Made by a program: the position numbers and the translations under genes. From an uncultured Rhodopirellula sp. (GTDB lineage: Bacteria; Planctomycetota; Planctomycetia; Pirellulales; Pirellulaceae): a DNA stretch of 64,000 nt. Below are positions 10,991 through 21,508 of the stretch, piece after piece. Below the pieces are notes generated by a model. It ran no database searches. It had not been told where the DNA came from and saw only the letters and a list, made by a program, of their open reading frames with translations. The stretch is taken from assembly GCA_964007735.1 (NCBI GenBank), contig CAXGAI010000007.1:62001-126000 (forward strand), in the 5' to 3' direction. How positions within the stretch are numbered: the first letter of the stretch is position 1; every line of letters starts with the position of its first letter.

Positions 10991-12061
10991 ATGAGAATGA
11001 TGAAACGATTTCAGATAAACAGGTTGGTCGCAACTCTGGTAGCATTATTTTTGATTCAGCCTGCCTTCGGACAGGTTAATGATCAGGCCTACCTTAAGAG
11101 TAGCCCTGCGGAAGCTATACGTGGTTTGATCGATGAGATCACGAGCACTGAAGTGGTGATTCGGGTGAATGGAAATCCACGACGGTTAGCCGCCAATCAG
11201 ATCTTCCGAATTCAATTCGCAAATGCTCCTGCTGACTTACTACAGGCCGCCGCAGCTTATCGAAGAGGCCAGTTTAACGAAGCCAAGACCGGACTGCAGG
11301 GTGTTAACGTTGGCGAGATTCAGGATAAGTGGGTGAAGGAGGAGATCGCCTTTATGTTGGCATCGATTGATGCCAAGAGTGCGTTGGCAGGTGAAGGGGA
11401 TAAGAATGCTGCTGGTACGTTGTTGCTCGGATTTATCAACGATTACGCTGGCAGTTTTCATCATTTTGAAGCAGTCGAGTTGTTTGCTGATCTGGCCTAT
11501 TCGGTTGGGCAATTCAAAACAGCGGCGGAATACTACCAAAAGATGGTTGCTTCCCCATGGGAAGAAATGAAAGTATACGGTACTTTACGATTAGCGCATG
11601 CTACGGTTGGCCAGGGCTCCTTTGCTGAGGCATTGGCACAATACGATCAGGTTGCTGGATACAATGCGACAACACCATTGCAGCAAGCGATTGTTGCAGA
11701 AGCCAAGGCCGGTCGAGCACGGTGTCTTGGCGAGACTGGTAAAGCAGCGGAAGGGATTGTTGCCGTTGAAGAAATCATTGCTGATAATGATCCAAAGACT
11801 CAAAAGAAACTATATGCACAGGCTTATAACGCTCAGGGAGTTTGTTATCGTAAGAGCAACAAGAATAAAGATGCGATCCTTGCCTTCCTGCACACACACC
11901 TGATTTTTAATCAGGATCCGGATGCGCATGCCGAGTCTTTATTTCATTTGACTCAATTATGGGAAGCCGAAAGCAAAGCGGATCGGGCGTCCGGTACTAA
12001 AACGCTACTGCAACAGAAGTATGCTGGTACATTTTGGGAAAATAAACTGCGTAATCAGTAA
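10991..12061 (+). CDS. Exported tetratricopeptide repeat protein
   Basis: Signal peptide (..LIQPAFG-Q); TPR-like repeats, e.g. AQAYNAQGVCYRK and AESLFHLTQLW; start approximate. Confidence 0.8.
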   Translation: MRMMKRFQINRLVATLVALFLIQPAFGQVNDQAYLKSSPAEAIRGLIDEITSTEVVIRVNGNPRRLAANQIFRIQFANAPADLLQAAAAYRRGQFNEAKTGLQGVNVGEIQDKWVKEEIAFMLASIDAKSALAGEGDKNAAGTLLLGFINDYAGSFHHFEAVELFADLAYSVGQFKTAAEYYQKMVASPWEEMKVYGTLRLAHATVGQGSFAEALAQYDQVAGYNATTPLQQAIVAEAKAGRARCLGETGKAAEGIVAVEEIIADNDPKTQKKLYAQAYNAQGVCYRKSNKNKDAILAFLHTHLIFNQDPDAHAESLFHLTQLWEAESKADRASGTKTLLQQKYAGTFWENKLRNQ

Positions 12062-12191
12062 CATTAGATCAGTCCGAACATCATGATGACTGGTTTTTAG
12101 AATAAGATTTTCATATGGTGCCTGTCGATAGGTACTTTGTCTATACATACAACATCAAACGGTGTAACAGATTCATAGATCGGAGAAAAAG

Positions 12192-13067
12192 ATGAATCAA
12201 CTTGTTAAACAGCTGCGGCCCAAGTGGATGCTAATAGGCTTCACTGCTCTGGCTTTATTGGTTGGATTAGGAGCGAGCGTCGACCTGGACTTTATAGAAC
12301 AGGCCATCGCACAGGAGGAGCTTCCTGATGAAGGCCCTGCCGGTGGCGAGCCTGCCGCAGGTGGCGATGCCAACGCTGCTCCTGCCGATGACAATGCCGG
12401 TGGTAATGATCAGGATGCCGAAGCCGCTGCTAATAAACAATCGATGCTGGGTTGGGTATACGATGCGCTTGGACCTGGTTACATGATAGTCTTCCTGGCA
12501 ATCTCTTTCACATTAGTAGCTCTGTTTGTAATGAACATTATCACCAATGATCGTAGTAAAGTCTGTCCAGTTGAATTGGTCGATGACTTTGAAGAAATGT
12601 TAAATAACAAACAGTATCAAGATGCTTATGAGATGGCCAAAGAGCACGAGTCTGTATTGGGTGCTGTTTTATCGGCTGGACTAGCAAAGCTTTCCTCAGG
12701 GTACGAACAGGCTTTGGAAGCGATGCAGGAAATCGGCGAAGAAGAGAATATGAAGCTTGAACATCGCCTGAGCTACATGGCTTTGATCGGTACGTTGTCG
12801 CCAATGGTCGGACTTTTCGGTACGGTTCACGGTATGATCAACTCCTTTCAGACGATCGCTACGGGAGGTTCAACTCCGGAAGCATCCGAATTGGCGAATG
12901 GTATTTCGACAGCGTTGTTTACAACATTGATCGGTCTGGCGATCGCAATTCCAGCGATTGCTGCTTACAACATCATGAAAAACCGAGTGGCTCGCCTGAT
13001 GCTTGAAGTTGGTATTCTGAGCGAAAATCTCATGAGTCGATTCCAGGGCGTTGGACAAAAGAAGTAA
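12192..13067 (+). CDS. exbB: MotA/TolQ/ExbB proton channel protein
   Basis: SPMVGLFGTVHGMINSF and GISTALFTTLIGLAIAIPA motifs; N-terminal signal and acidic linker. Confidence 0.92.
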   Translation: MNQLVKQLRPKWMLIGFTALALLVGLGASVDLDFIEQAIAQEELPDEGPAGGEPAAGGDANAAPADDNAGGNDQDAEAAANKQSMLGWVYDALGPGYMIVFLAISFTLVALFVMNIITNDRSKVCPVELVDDFEEMLNNKQYQDAYEMAKEHESVLGAVLSAGLAKLSSGYEQALEAMQEIGEEENMKLEHRLSYMALIGTLSPMVGLFGTVHGMINSFQTIATGGSTPEASELANGISTALFTTLIGLAIAIPAIAAYNIMKNRVARLMLEVGILSENLMSRFQGVGQKK

Positions 13068-13070
13068 CCT

Positions 13071-13547
13071 ATGAAACTCGTTAAAAAGCACGATTCGGGC
13101 ATCCTTGAGGGTGATTTGACACCGATGATCGATATGACTTTTCAGTTGATCGCGTTCTTTATGGTGTTGATTAATTTCACCCAGAGTGAATCGAACGATA
13201 AAGTTCAGTTGCCTGATAGTGAACTCGCTAAGCCCCCCGAAACCGTTCTTGAGAACTACCGGATTATACATCTGGGAGAAGATGGAACAGCTGTTATGGG
13301 AACCAGGGAAGAGAACTACAAAGGTTTGCGAACTGCTTTGGATCTGCAATATCGCCAAATACAGTATAGCAATGAAGAGCCGGCAGATACCACCATCGTT
13401 ATTCGTGCTCATAAGAATGCGAAGGGTGGAATGGTTCAGGAATTGATCCAAATTTGTCAGGAAGCAGGGTTTGAGAGCTTTGCGTTGCGAGCCGAGGAAA
13501 ACGTGAATAATGGCTTTAAGTATATTTCACCGGTGCCAGGAGGCTAG
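13071..13547 (+). CDS. exbD: ExbD/TolR family protein
   Basis: LTPMIDMTFQLIAFFMV TM with conserved Asp; IVIRAHK periplasmic motif. Confidence 0.92.
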   Translation: MKLVKKHDSGILEGDLTPMIDMTFQLIAFFMVLINFTQSESNDKVQLPDSELAKPPETVLENYRIIHLGEDGTAVMGTREENYKGLRTALDLQYRQIQYSNEEPADTTIVIRAHKNAKGGMVQELIQICQEAGFESFALRAEENVNNGFKYISPVPGG

Positions 13548-13552
13548 TTGAT

Positions 13553-14047
13553 ATGCAAATCAGAAATGCCAATAAAGCCGGTGAGAAGATTGAACTGCAG
13601 ATGACACCGATGATTGACATCGTGTTTCAATTGTTAGTCTTTTTTATCATGACCTTCAAAATCGTTTCGATGGAAGGTGATTTTAATATTCGCATGCCAG
13701 CAGCGGCCCCACAGGCCGCACCCCCAGAACAAATGGAGTTCCCTCCGATGAAGCTCTATTTGTCTGCGGATGCCGAAGGTACTCTGACAGGAATCCAACT
13801 CAACGAATCGCAACCGACTTCGTTTCAGGCGTTGAATCAGGAGATTCAGAAATTGGTTGGGACTGACAGTGGTCCGGGAGCGAGAGAAAGTGCGGAAATC
13901 GAGATCGGTTTTGATTATGACCTGCGTTATGAATTTGTCATTGGAGCAGTGACCGCTGTTTCCGGGACGAAGACGACTACGGGTGATGTGGTTAAACTTA
14001 TCGAGAAAATCCGTTTCAATACTCCCGAAGTTCCTACAGCTGAATGA
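13553..14047 (+). CDS. exbD: ExbD/TolR family protein (second copy)
   Basis: MTPMIDIVFQLLVFFIMTF TM motif. Confidence 0.9.
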   Translation: MQIRNANKAGEKIELQMTPMIDIVFQLLVFFIMTFKIVSMEGDFNIRMPAAAPQAAPPEQMEFPPMKLYLSADAEGTLTGIQLNESQPTSFQALNQEIQKLVGTDSGPGARESAEIEIGFDYDLRYEFVIGAVTAVSGTKTTTGDVVKLIEKIRFNTPEVPTAE

Positions 14048-14075
14048 TAACTAATTCGGCGACTAGTAATGCGGC

Positions 14076-14109
14076 CACTGGGGGAGTCGAATCTTCGAGT
14101 GTTTTTTTT
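14076..14109 (+). terminator. Possible intrinsic terminator of the TPR-exb operon
   Basis: Imperfect hairpin CACTGGGGGA...TCTTCGAGTG followed by a T8 run, between convergent genes. Confidence 0.4.
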
Positions 14110-15049
14110 ATGCGCGAGGATGAAACTCGGCATGTATTTTCTTTAGCCGCGTCGGGTCGACATGAGTGTAGATTTGGGTGGTGGCAATACTCGCGTGCCC
14201 CAGTAATTCCTGTACCTGTCGCATATCAGCTCCACCGGCAAGCATGTGTGTCGCAAAACTATGGCGCAATGAGTGAGGGCTGATTTCTTTTGGAGCTCCT
14301 ATACGAGCGGCATACTTTTTGACCAGTTCCCAAACAGCTTCGCGACGTAGTGGCCTGCCTCGGCGGCTAAGAATCACACGGCTTGGCTCCAGATCAGAGA
14401 CACATTCGGTGAGCATTGGCCGTTCTGTTTGCAGGTATTCGGTAAGTGAGTTAACAGCTCGCGGAGCCAACGGGACAAGTCTCTGTTTGCCACCTTTACC
14501 ATGGTATCGACAGTAGCCGGATTCCAAATGAAGATTGTTAAGTGTTAGGCCGACTACTTCAGACGCTCGACAACCGGTAGCGTATAGCAACTCAAGTAGT
14601 GCTTTGTCTCGTAATGGAAACATATCTTTGTTGCACGGAGCAGTTAGTAGCTTTTCAACGGTACCGACGGTCATTACATGTGGAATACGTTGCCACAGTT
14701 TTTGGCTTCCAAGTAATTCAGCGACGTTTTTAGAAAGGATCCCTTCTAGTTGTAGATATTTGAAGAATACTCGTAACGTCACAACATTACGAGCGATACT
14801 GCTGGGAGCCAATTTGTTTTTCTTGAGAAATACAACATAGTCCCCCAGTTTTTGAATGCTGATTTGTTTAATCGATCTTCCGCCGAGCCACTGTTGAAAA
14901 CGTTTAAGGTCGTGGCGATAGGCGATAATACTGTTGTTGGCTAATTGGCATTCATCGCGCAGGTATTTTTCAAACTCCTGAAAGACCGGACGGTTGGCTT
15001 TCGGTGGTCTGTTTGCTTTATCTCGACGGCGTTTTAGCAGTTTACGCAT
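14108..15049 (-). CDS. xerD: Site-specific tyrosine recombinase XerD
   Basis: RDKALLELLYATGCRASE, GKGGKQRLVP, SPHSLRHSFATH and LLGHASIATTQIYTHV; start probably ATG 15049 (MRKLLKRRR). Confidence 0.9.
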   Translation of the reverse strand: MRKLLKRRRDKANRPPKANRPVFQEFEKYLRDECQLANNSIIAYRHDLKRFQQWLGGRSIKQISIQKLGDYVVFLKKNKLAPSSIARNVVTLRVFFKYLQLEGILSKNVAELLGSQKLWQRIPHVMTVGTVEKLLTAPCNKDMFPLRDKALLELLYATGCRASEVVGLTLNNLHLESGYCRYHGKGGKQRLVPLAPRAVNSLTEYLQTERPMLTECVSDLEPSRVILSRRGRPLRREAVWELVKKYAARIGAPKEISPHSLRHSFATHMLAGGADMRQVQELLGHASIATTQIYTHVDPTRLKKIHAEFHPRA

Positions 15050-15336
15050 GAGCGGTGAGGGGGATTTTCCAATGGTGCTAGTTGAATTTACAGAGTAACG
15101 GGCTGAAAAGCCTACTACAGTTGGAGTCGGCATCTCCTGTTGTACATCTGTATTCATAGGTTCTAACCGGTGATTCAAGATCACGCTCGTCTTTTGTTTG
15201 TACCGATTATTCCGGTTGGGAGGATATAATTTTAATGGATGATACACAGAGAGGTTTTGGCCTGTAAACTTCCGGTTTGATCAGTCGAAAAAAGTAGTAC
15301 GACTAGTTAATTATTTACTCTGGTGAATTCGCCGCT

Positions 15337-16335
15337 ATGAAGATTCTCGTCACTGGTGCCGCGGGTTATATCGGTAGCCATACTTGTCGCTTGTTGACCG
15401 AAACGGGCTATCAGGTGGTTGGTTATGATAACCTGTCTCGTGGACACCATATAGCCTTTGAAAGAGCGACAGGTGGTGGCACATTCGTGCAGGGAGATCT
15501 TCTCGACACCGCACTACTACGGAACACTTTGAAAGAGAAATCAATTGAAGCCGTTGTTCACTTTGCAGCCCTTGGCTTGGTAGGCGAATCGGTAGAGTAT
15601 CCGCAGCGGTATCATCGCAATAATGTCGAAGGCTCGTCGAGTCTGCTTCGGGCGATGCAGGAAGCAGGGGTTCGGCGATTGGTCGTCTCTAGTACGACAG
15701 CTATTTATGGTCAACCGGAGGAAATGCCCATTCGCGAGGACACCCCTCCTGCTCCGATCAACCCGTATGGACAATCGAAGTTGGACGTCGAGTATCTCCT
15801 GCAGGAAGCTTGCGAGCGAGATGGTTTAGGGTTTGTTGCCTTGCGTTATTTCAACGCAGCCGGAGCGTCATTAGATGGAATGCTTGGTGAAGCCCATGAA
15901 CCAGAGACTCATTTGATCCCGATTGTCCTTCAGGTGGCTTTAGGCCAGCGCGAGCAAATTTGTATTTTTGGTGATGATTACCCAACACCTGACGGTACGT
16001 GTGTCCGGGATTATGTCCATGTTAATGATCTGGCCGATGCTCACCTTAGAGCACTAAATACACTCAATCCCGGCCAGAGAATTCAGTTAAATCTCGGGTC
16101 GGGGGTTGGGACTTCCGTGCTGGAAATTGTCGAGCACGCGAGAAAGGTAACGGGGCATGATATCCCGGCTGAGATTGGGGCGCGTAGATCGGGGGATCCT
16201 CCCTGGTTGATTGCAGATAATTCCCGCGCAAAACAAATACTTGGCTGGACCCCGGAATATTCCAGCTTGGATTCAATTTTGACAAGTGCCTGGCGATGGC
16301 ATCAACGTCATCCACAGGGATATGAAACAACCTGA
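15337..16335 (+). CDS. galE: UDP-glucose 4-epimerase
   Basis: TGAAGYIGSH, NPYGQSK, LRYFNAAGA and TPDGTCVRDYVHV. Confidence 0.95.
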   Translation: MKILVTGAAGYIGSHTCRLLTETGYQVVGYDNLSRGHHIAFERATGGGTFVQGDLLDTALLRNTLKEKSIEAVVHFAALGLVGESVEYPQRYHRNNVEGSSSLLRAMQEAGVRRLVVSSTTAIYGQPEEMPIREDTPPAPINPYGQSKLDVEYLLQEACERDGLGFVALRYFNAAGASLDGMLGEAHEPETHLIPIVLQVALGQREQICIFGDDYPTPDGTCVRDYVHVNDLADAHLRALNTLNPGQRIQLNLGSGVGTSVLEIVEHARKVTGHDIPAEIGARRSGDPPWLIADNSRAKQILGWTPEYSSLDSILTSAWRWHQRHPQGYETT

Positions 16336-16393
16336 AAGCTTTCGCAGGTTAGTAACCCATGGGTTCATTTTACCGTTTGCTGATAATAGATTG

Positions 16394-17644
16394 ATGCAAG
16401 ATTTAATCATAGAAAAGCCATATTATTTTGTTCAGCCCCCCAAGCGAAGTTTTGTTCTGTGGGTGGTTGCGGGTTTGCGTTTGTATCGCTGGTGGTTGAA
16501 AGATTCTGAGGGAATCTACGAGTACGAAGTTCGAAATCAACATCTGATTCAACAGTCATTGGATGCCGCGCACAGTATTTTGATTGCTGGCAACCATTGT
16601 CGTAATGCAGATCCGATGGCCATTGGGGAATTGCTGTATGTCGTTGACAGTTACGCCTACCTGATGGCCAGTTGGCACCTTTTCAATCAGGATAGGTTTA
16701 GTGCATGGATGATTAAACATCTGGGGGCATTTAGTATCAACCGGGAAGGTATGGATAAAAAGGCCATAAGCTTCGCAATTAAAACATTGGTGGATGGAGA
16801 GCGAATGCTGGTGATTTACCCTGAAGGCTCGATTTCCCGAAGTAATGACTTCATGCATCCTTTTTTAGATGGTACCGGATTTATTGCGAGAACAGCTGCA
16901 AGGAAACGAGTAAAGTTAGCGGGGGAGGGAAATTCAGGTAAAGTTGTCGTGCATCCGGTCTCCTTTCGCTATTTGTTTGTAGGTGATTTTGATGCCTGTT
17001 GTGAGCATACGTTGAATTTACTAGAGACGCATCTGAAGTGGGCTCCTCAGACGGACCTGCCTCTGCTCGCTCGCATTGCCAAGGTTGCAGTTGGTTTACT
17101 GGCTGAACGGGAAGAAAAGTATTTAGGAAAAGCTCAGGAAGGCGAATATTATGAACGAATTGAAGCTTTGATTGTGCATATCCTTTCCGAACAGGAGAAA
17201 AAGTGGAAGGGTGAAGTGCAATCGGGAGATTACATTCCACGTGTAAAGTCGTTACGGCCTATCATCGTGCCGGACCTCGCCAAGGGTAATTTGCAGCTTG
17301 AAGAAGCGGCAGATCGACGTCGGGATTTGTATGATCTTAATTTTGTTCAACAGCTTTGTTATTACCCCGTTGATTACCTGTCAGGTAAAACGGGGAAAGT
17401 AACCGTGGAACGTATTATTGAGACGCTCGAGCGTTTGGAAGAGGATCTTACCGATACGATTACGATGCCACGTCGCTTTAAGCTGGTTATCGATGTGCTT
17501 GATGCTGTGGAAGTACCCGCAGAGAAATTGCCGCGTGGTGCAGAGAATGATCCTGTGATGGACGAAGTACGAGATCGACTCGAAGCTAATTTGGCTTTGT
17601 CTGCGGAATGGTTGCCGGTTTATGAGCCAGAGCCTGCCGGTTAA
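16394..17644 (+). CDS. PlsC-family (lyso)phospholipid/glycerol acyltransferase
   Basis: NHCRNADP (HX4D) and YPEG motifs; start probably ATG 16394. Confidence 0.85.
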   Translation: MQDLIIEKPYYFVQPPKRSFVLWVVAGLRLYRWWLKDSEGIYEYEVRNQHLIQQSLDAAHSILIAGNHCRNADPMAIGELLYVVDSYAYLMASWHLFNQDRFSAWMIKHLGAFSINREGMDKKAISFAIKTLVDGERMLVIYPEGSISRSNDFMHPFLDGTGFIARTAARKRVKLAGEGNSGKVVVHPVSFRYLFVGDFDACCEHTLNLLETHLKWAPQTDLPLLARIAKVAVGLLAEREEKYLGKAQEGEYYERIEALIVHILSEQEKKWKGEVQSGDYIPRVKSLRPIIVPDLAKGNLQLEEAADRRRDLYDLNFVQQLCYYPVDYLSGKTGKVTVERIIETLERLEEDLTDTITMPRRFKLVIDVLDAVEVPAEKLPRGAENDPVMDEVRDRLEANLALSAEWLPVYEPEPAG

Positions 17645-18528
17645 ACTTGCCCCAAAACAATCCGGGGATTCCCTGTATGATCTCGTTTTATGTTGACGCT
17701 TTGGTAGCCATACTCTTCCAATAATTGTTTGAGCCCTGAGGCAAGCATAGGGCTTGTTTCGAGTACTAACCAGCCACTCGGATTTAAGAGAGGCTTTGCT
17801 TCCGGAATCAGGCGCTGATAGATTTCCATGCCGGTGGGCCCGGACACCAATGCCTGCAAAGGTTCATAGTCTTTTACATCAGGACTACATTGTGCGAGCT
17901 CATTATCACTGACATAGGGAGGATTACTGACGATGACATCGAAGGTTTCGCCCTCAAGCGGATTGCAAAGATCACCACTGCGGAATTGGATGCGATCGGC
18001 AACGTCGTGGAAGTGAGCATTTTCTTGAGCGACGGATAACGCCGCCTCTGAGATGTCGGAGGCGACAAATTGGCTGTGTTGCAATTCTTTGGCTAATGTA
18101 ATAGCCAGTATTCCGCTACCGGTTCCAATATCTGCAATGGTGCTTGTATCGGCTTGTTTGCTTTTTGCTAAATCCAAAATCGCTTGGACAGCCTCTTCGG
18201 TATCCGGTCGTGGTATTAGCGTGTCTTTTGTGACTTTGAATTTAAGAGAAAAGAACTCTTTGTGCCCAACGAGATAAGCCACCGGACAGCCGGCAGCACG
18301 TTCTTTGACAAGGTTGCGAAATGTAGCCCGAACCTGATCGCCAGGATCCTCGTCGAATCTGGTATAGAGCATGATTCTTTCACAACCAAGCACTTTTGCT
18401 AGCAGGATTTCAGTGTCCAGACGAGCAGATTCAGAACCGTTTTCGGTTAAGTACTGGTTGGTCCAGTTGATCAACCGGCCAATAGTCCAGGCGTTGTTGT
18501 TAGTTTCTGAAGCGTTCGCTTGTGACAT
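17641..18528 (-). CDS. prmC: Release factor glutamine methyltransferase
   Basis: LIPRPDTE, DIGTGSG and SNPPY; directly downstream of prfA; start 18528 or 18549. Confidence 0.95.
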   Translation of the reverse strand: MSQANASETNNNAWTIGRLINWTNQYLTENGSESARLDTEILLAKVLGCERIMLYTRFDEDPGDQVRATFRNLVKERAAGCPVAYLVGHKEFFSLKFKVTKDTLIPRPDTEEAVQAILDLAKSKQADTSTIADIGTGSGILAITLAKELQHSQFVASDISEAALSVAQENAHFHDVADRIQFRSGDLCNPLEGETFDVIVSNPPYVSDNELAQCSPDVKDYEPLQALVSGPTGMEIYQRLIPEAKPLLNPSGWLVLETSPMLASGLKQLLEEYGYQSVNIKRDHTGNPRIVLGQV

Positions 18529-18571
18529 GACGTGAGGCTGAAAATCCATTACAGCCCGAGAGGGTATGAAG

Positions 18572-19648
18572 TTAGTCGTCGAGTGAACCCATTGATTCAC
18601 GCAGTTGATTACGATCATGGTCAATTAGTAGGTCAGAAACCATTTGCAGGTTACCAGCCAAAATTTGATCGAGTTTGTAGAGAGTTGCGTTGATCCGGTG
18701 GTCCGTAAGCCGGTTTTCGGGGAAGTTATAAGTTCTAATACGCTGACTGCGGTCGCCTGACCCAATCAGCGATTGTCGTTCATTCGCACGTTTTTCATGC
18801 TCCTGCTGACGAAATAACTCGTAAACACGAGCCTGTAGAATTCGAAGTGCCTTGGCTAGATTCTTGTGCTGGCTTTTTTCATCCTGCATCGAAACCACGA
18901 TGCCGGTTTCGTAATGTGTGACTCGCACTGCGGAGGCTGTTTTGTTCACGTGCTGTCCGCCCGGACCGCTCGCATGGAATATGTCTTTTCGATAGTCATC
19001 GGGCTTAATATCGATTTCTAGATCTTCTGGTTCGGGCAGTACGGCAACGGTTGCTGCGGAGGTGTGGACTCGCCCTTTCGTTTCGGTGTCTGGTACACGT
19101 TGTACACGGTGTCCCCCACTTTCATAGCCAAGCTCCCGGAAAACGCCATCCCCTTCAAATGTAAGAGTAATTTCCTTAAAGCCACCCAGCTCGGTAGGAC
19201 TGGCTTCCATGACTTCGACTTTCCATCCTTTGATTTCCGAATGTCTTTTATACATTTCATACAAATCACGAGCAAAGAGAGCTGCTTCATCTCCACCAGT
19301 GCCGGCTCGAATCTCCATCACGCAACGAGTACGAGTGGCATCTTCTCCACCGATCGTCATATCCAGTAGTTCGGCCCAAAATTCTTCTCGGCGTTCAGTA
19401 ACACCGGGAATTTCCATTTCGGCCAATTCTTGTTCTTCCGCATCATCGCTGGCGGCCATTTCCTTTAGCTCGCCCAATTCCGCCACAACGTTTTTGAAAT
19501 TTCGGTAGAGTCCCGCTAGTTTTGCCAGCCCACCATGCTCCCGAGCCACTGCCGCGAGTTTGGCTGAATTCCCCAGAACTTCGGGATCCATCATCATCCC
19601 TTCAAGTTCTGTAAAGCGAGCGAGTTTTTCTTCGAGCATTTCTCGCAT
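18572..19648 (-). CDS. prfA: Peptide chain release factor 1
   Basis: [24 protein letters not shown] (PxT), GPGGQHVN and [12 protein letters not shown]. Confidence 0.97.
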   Translation of the reverse strand: MREMLEEKLARFTELEGMMMDPEVLGNSAKLAAVAREHGGLAKLAGLYRNFKNVVAELGELKEMAASDDAEEQELAEMEIPGVTERREEFWAELLDMTIGGEDATRTRCVMEIRAGTGGDEAALFARDLYEMYKRHSEIKGWKVEVMEASPTELGGFKEITLTFEGDGVFRELGYESGGHRVQRVPDTETKGRVHTSAATVAVLPEPEDLEIDIKPDDYRKDIFHASGPGGQHVNKTASAVRVTHYETGIVVSMQDEKSQHKNLAKALRILQARVYELFRQQEHEKRANERQSLIGSGDRSQRIRTYNFPENRLTDHRINATLYKLDQILAGNLQMVSDLLIDHDRNQLRESMGSLDD

Positions 19649-19730
19649 GAAATTAGCAATCCTTGATGTTGTTGTCGGTATTATGCAGTGGGCGTATTGG
19701 CAATATTGATTACTAACAGCCTAAATGACA

Positions 19731-19763
19731 AACGCAGTGATCAGCAAGGCCGATCACTGCGTT
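19731..19763 (-). terminator. Hairpin, probable terminator after rpmE
   Basis: 12-bp perfect inverted repeat AACGCAGTGATC-N9-GATCACTGCGTT, followed on the minus strand by TGTCATTT. Confidence 0.6.
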
Positions 19764-19819
19764 AAATGACTATTCAGTGACATGTCAGAATGCGGTGACG
19801 ACGTCACTTTCGATAAAAA

Positions 19820-20038
19820 TTACTTCTTCGTTCCGTAGGAACCCGCAGCAAATTTGTTCTTGAACTTTTCGATGCGTCCGGCAGTATCCACGAACTTCAG
19901 CTTCCCGGTGTAAAACGGGTGACATTCAGAGCAGATGTCGATCTTCAACTCGCTACGGGTACTACGAGTGGTGAATGAGGTCCCACACCCACAAGTAACA
20001 CTAGTTTCGACGTAGTCAGGATGAATGCCTTCTTTCAT
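19820..20038 (-). CDS. rpmE: 50S ribosomal protein L31 (Zn-binding type)
   Basis: [24 protein letters not shown] and GRIEKF. Confidence 0.97.
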   Translation of the reverse strand: MKEGIHPDYVETSVTCGCGTSFTTRSTRSELKIDICSECHPFYTGKLKFVDTAGRIEKFKNKFAAGSYGTKK

Positions 20039-20233
20039 CGTTTCGTTCCATTGTTTCTGATTTGGTTTATGTCTTTATTTCCAAGGGTTGTTTGAATAAT
20101 TAACCCTTCTGTTACCAACAATTATTGATGGTCAAACAACTGAATATAGTCCGAATATTCGGTTTCGACAAGAACCGCTATCGAACAATAAGAATTATAT
20201 TCAATGCCCGTATTCTTTCCGTAAATGCTTGTT

Positions 20234-21373
20234 TTAACGCTTTTGCGCGAGTTCCTGGAAGAGGTCATAACGCGCCTGAATCTCGGTCAAGCTATCATTG
20301 CCAAATTTCTCACAAAAGGCGACCGCCACTTCGAATGCCACGACATTTTCTATAATGATGGCAGCGGCTGAGACAGCACAGACGTCTGATCGTTCATAAT
20401 TAGCCACTTCTTTTTCTTTTGATTCCAGATTGATACTTTCAAGTGGCTTACGAAGTGTACTAATTGGTTTCTTAGCCGCTCGAACAACCAGTGGTTGGCC
20501 ATTGGTCATTCCTGCTTCCAATCCCCCGGCGTTATTTGTGGGTCGATCAAAACCCAGAGTCGGCGAGTCCTTTGTGGCCTCGTTATAGGTGATTGGATCG
20601 TGAACCTGTGATCCCGGACGGCGGGCAGCTTCAAAACCAAGTCCGATTTCAACACCTTTAATCGCCTGAACAGCCATGACAGCCTGAGCAATTTTGCCAT
20701 CGAGCTTGCGGTCCCATTGGGCGTGAGTTCCAAGTCCAAAAGGCAAGCCTTCAATACGAACTTCGAGGACACCTCCGAGTGTATCTCCGTTACTACCTGC
20801 TTCGTCGATCCGCTCACAGATCGCTGCGTCCTGTTCGGGATTCAAGGAGTATACTTTGCTTGTTTCACGGTATTCACGCAGTTGTTGGATATCCCCCTCT
20901 TTGGGATCGATCACGATTCCACCTAGCTCAGATACATAGCCGATACATTCGATTCCGAAGGGCTTGAGAATTTGTTTTGCAAGCCCTCCTGCTGCCACCC
21001 GTACGGCTGTTTCACGAGCACTTGCTCGTTCCAGGATATTTCGAATGGAACCCAGGTATTTGACGGCGCCTGTTAGATCACCATGCCCTGGACGAGGTCG
21101 CTCCAGATCCTTCATCCGTTCCAGCTTGTAGTCTTTATTAATGACTTGCAGCGTGACAGGTGAACCCATTGTCGTGTTCTTCCAGATACCAGTCAGAACT
21201 TCGACTTTGTCGGTTTCGATCTTCTGACGTCCTCCACGACCATAACCACCCTGACGCATTTTTAGGTCGTAGTTGATCGATTCCAGGTCTAATTCGATAC
21301 CTGCAGGGAATCCATCAACAAGCGCTAAAAGCGTTTTGCCGTGCGATTCTCCTGCTGTCCAGTAACGTAACAT
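20234..21373 (-). CDS. aroC: Chorismate synthase
   Basis: TAGESHG, RPGHGD, ERASARETA, NNAGGLEAG and ERSDVC. Confidence 0.97.
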   Translation of the reverse strand: MLRYWTAGESHGKTLLALVDGFPAGIELDLESINYDLKMRQGGYGRGGRQKIETDKVEVLTGIWKNTTMGSPVTLQVINKDYKLERMKDLERPRPGHGDLTGAVKYLGSIRNILERASARETAVRVAAGGLAKQILKPFGIECIGYVSELGGIVIDPKEGDIQQLREYRETSKVYSLNPEQDAAICERIDEAGSNGDTLGGVLEVRIEGLPFGLGTHAQWDRKLDGKIAQAVMAVQAIKGVEIGLGFEAARRPGSQVHDPITYNEATKDSPTLGFDRPTNNAGGLEAGMTNGQPLVVRAAKKPISTLRKPLESINLESKEKEVANYERSDVCAVSAAAIIIENVVAFEVAVAFCEKFGNDSLTEIQARYDLFQELAQKR

Positions 21374-21508
21374 ATTCGTGTATTCTCAAAGAGTTCTTAC
21401 TTGGTGTATTGGTATCACTTCAGTTTAACTTGAGTGGTAAATGTCGGGTAGGTGCGTTAAAACTGAACGCTTGGGATAACTGCACTTCTAAACAATCGGA
21501 CCATTTAC

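Noticed and set aside
14108..15049. Tyrosine recombinase as the integrase of a mobile element
   Set aside because: Motifs and length fit housekeeping XerD; no adjacent tRNA, att repeats, phage or cargo genes seen
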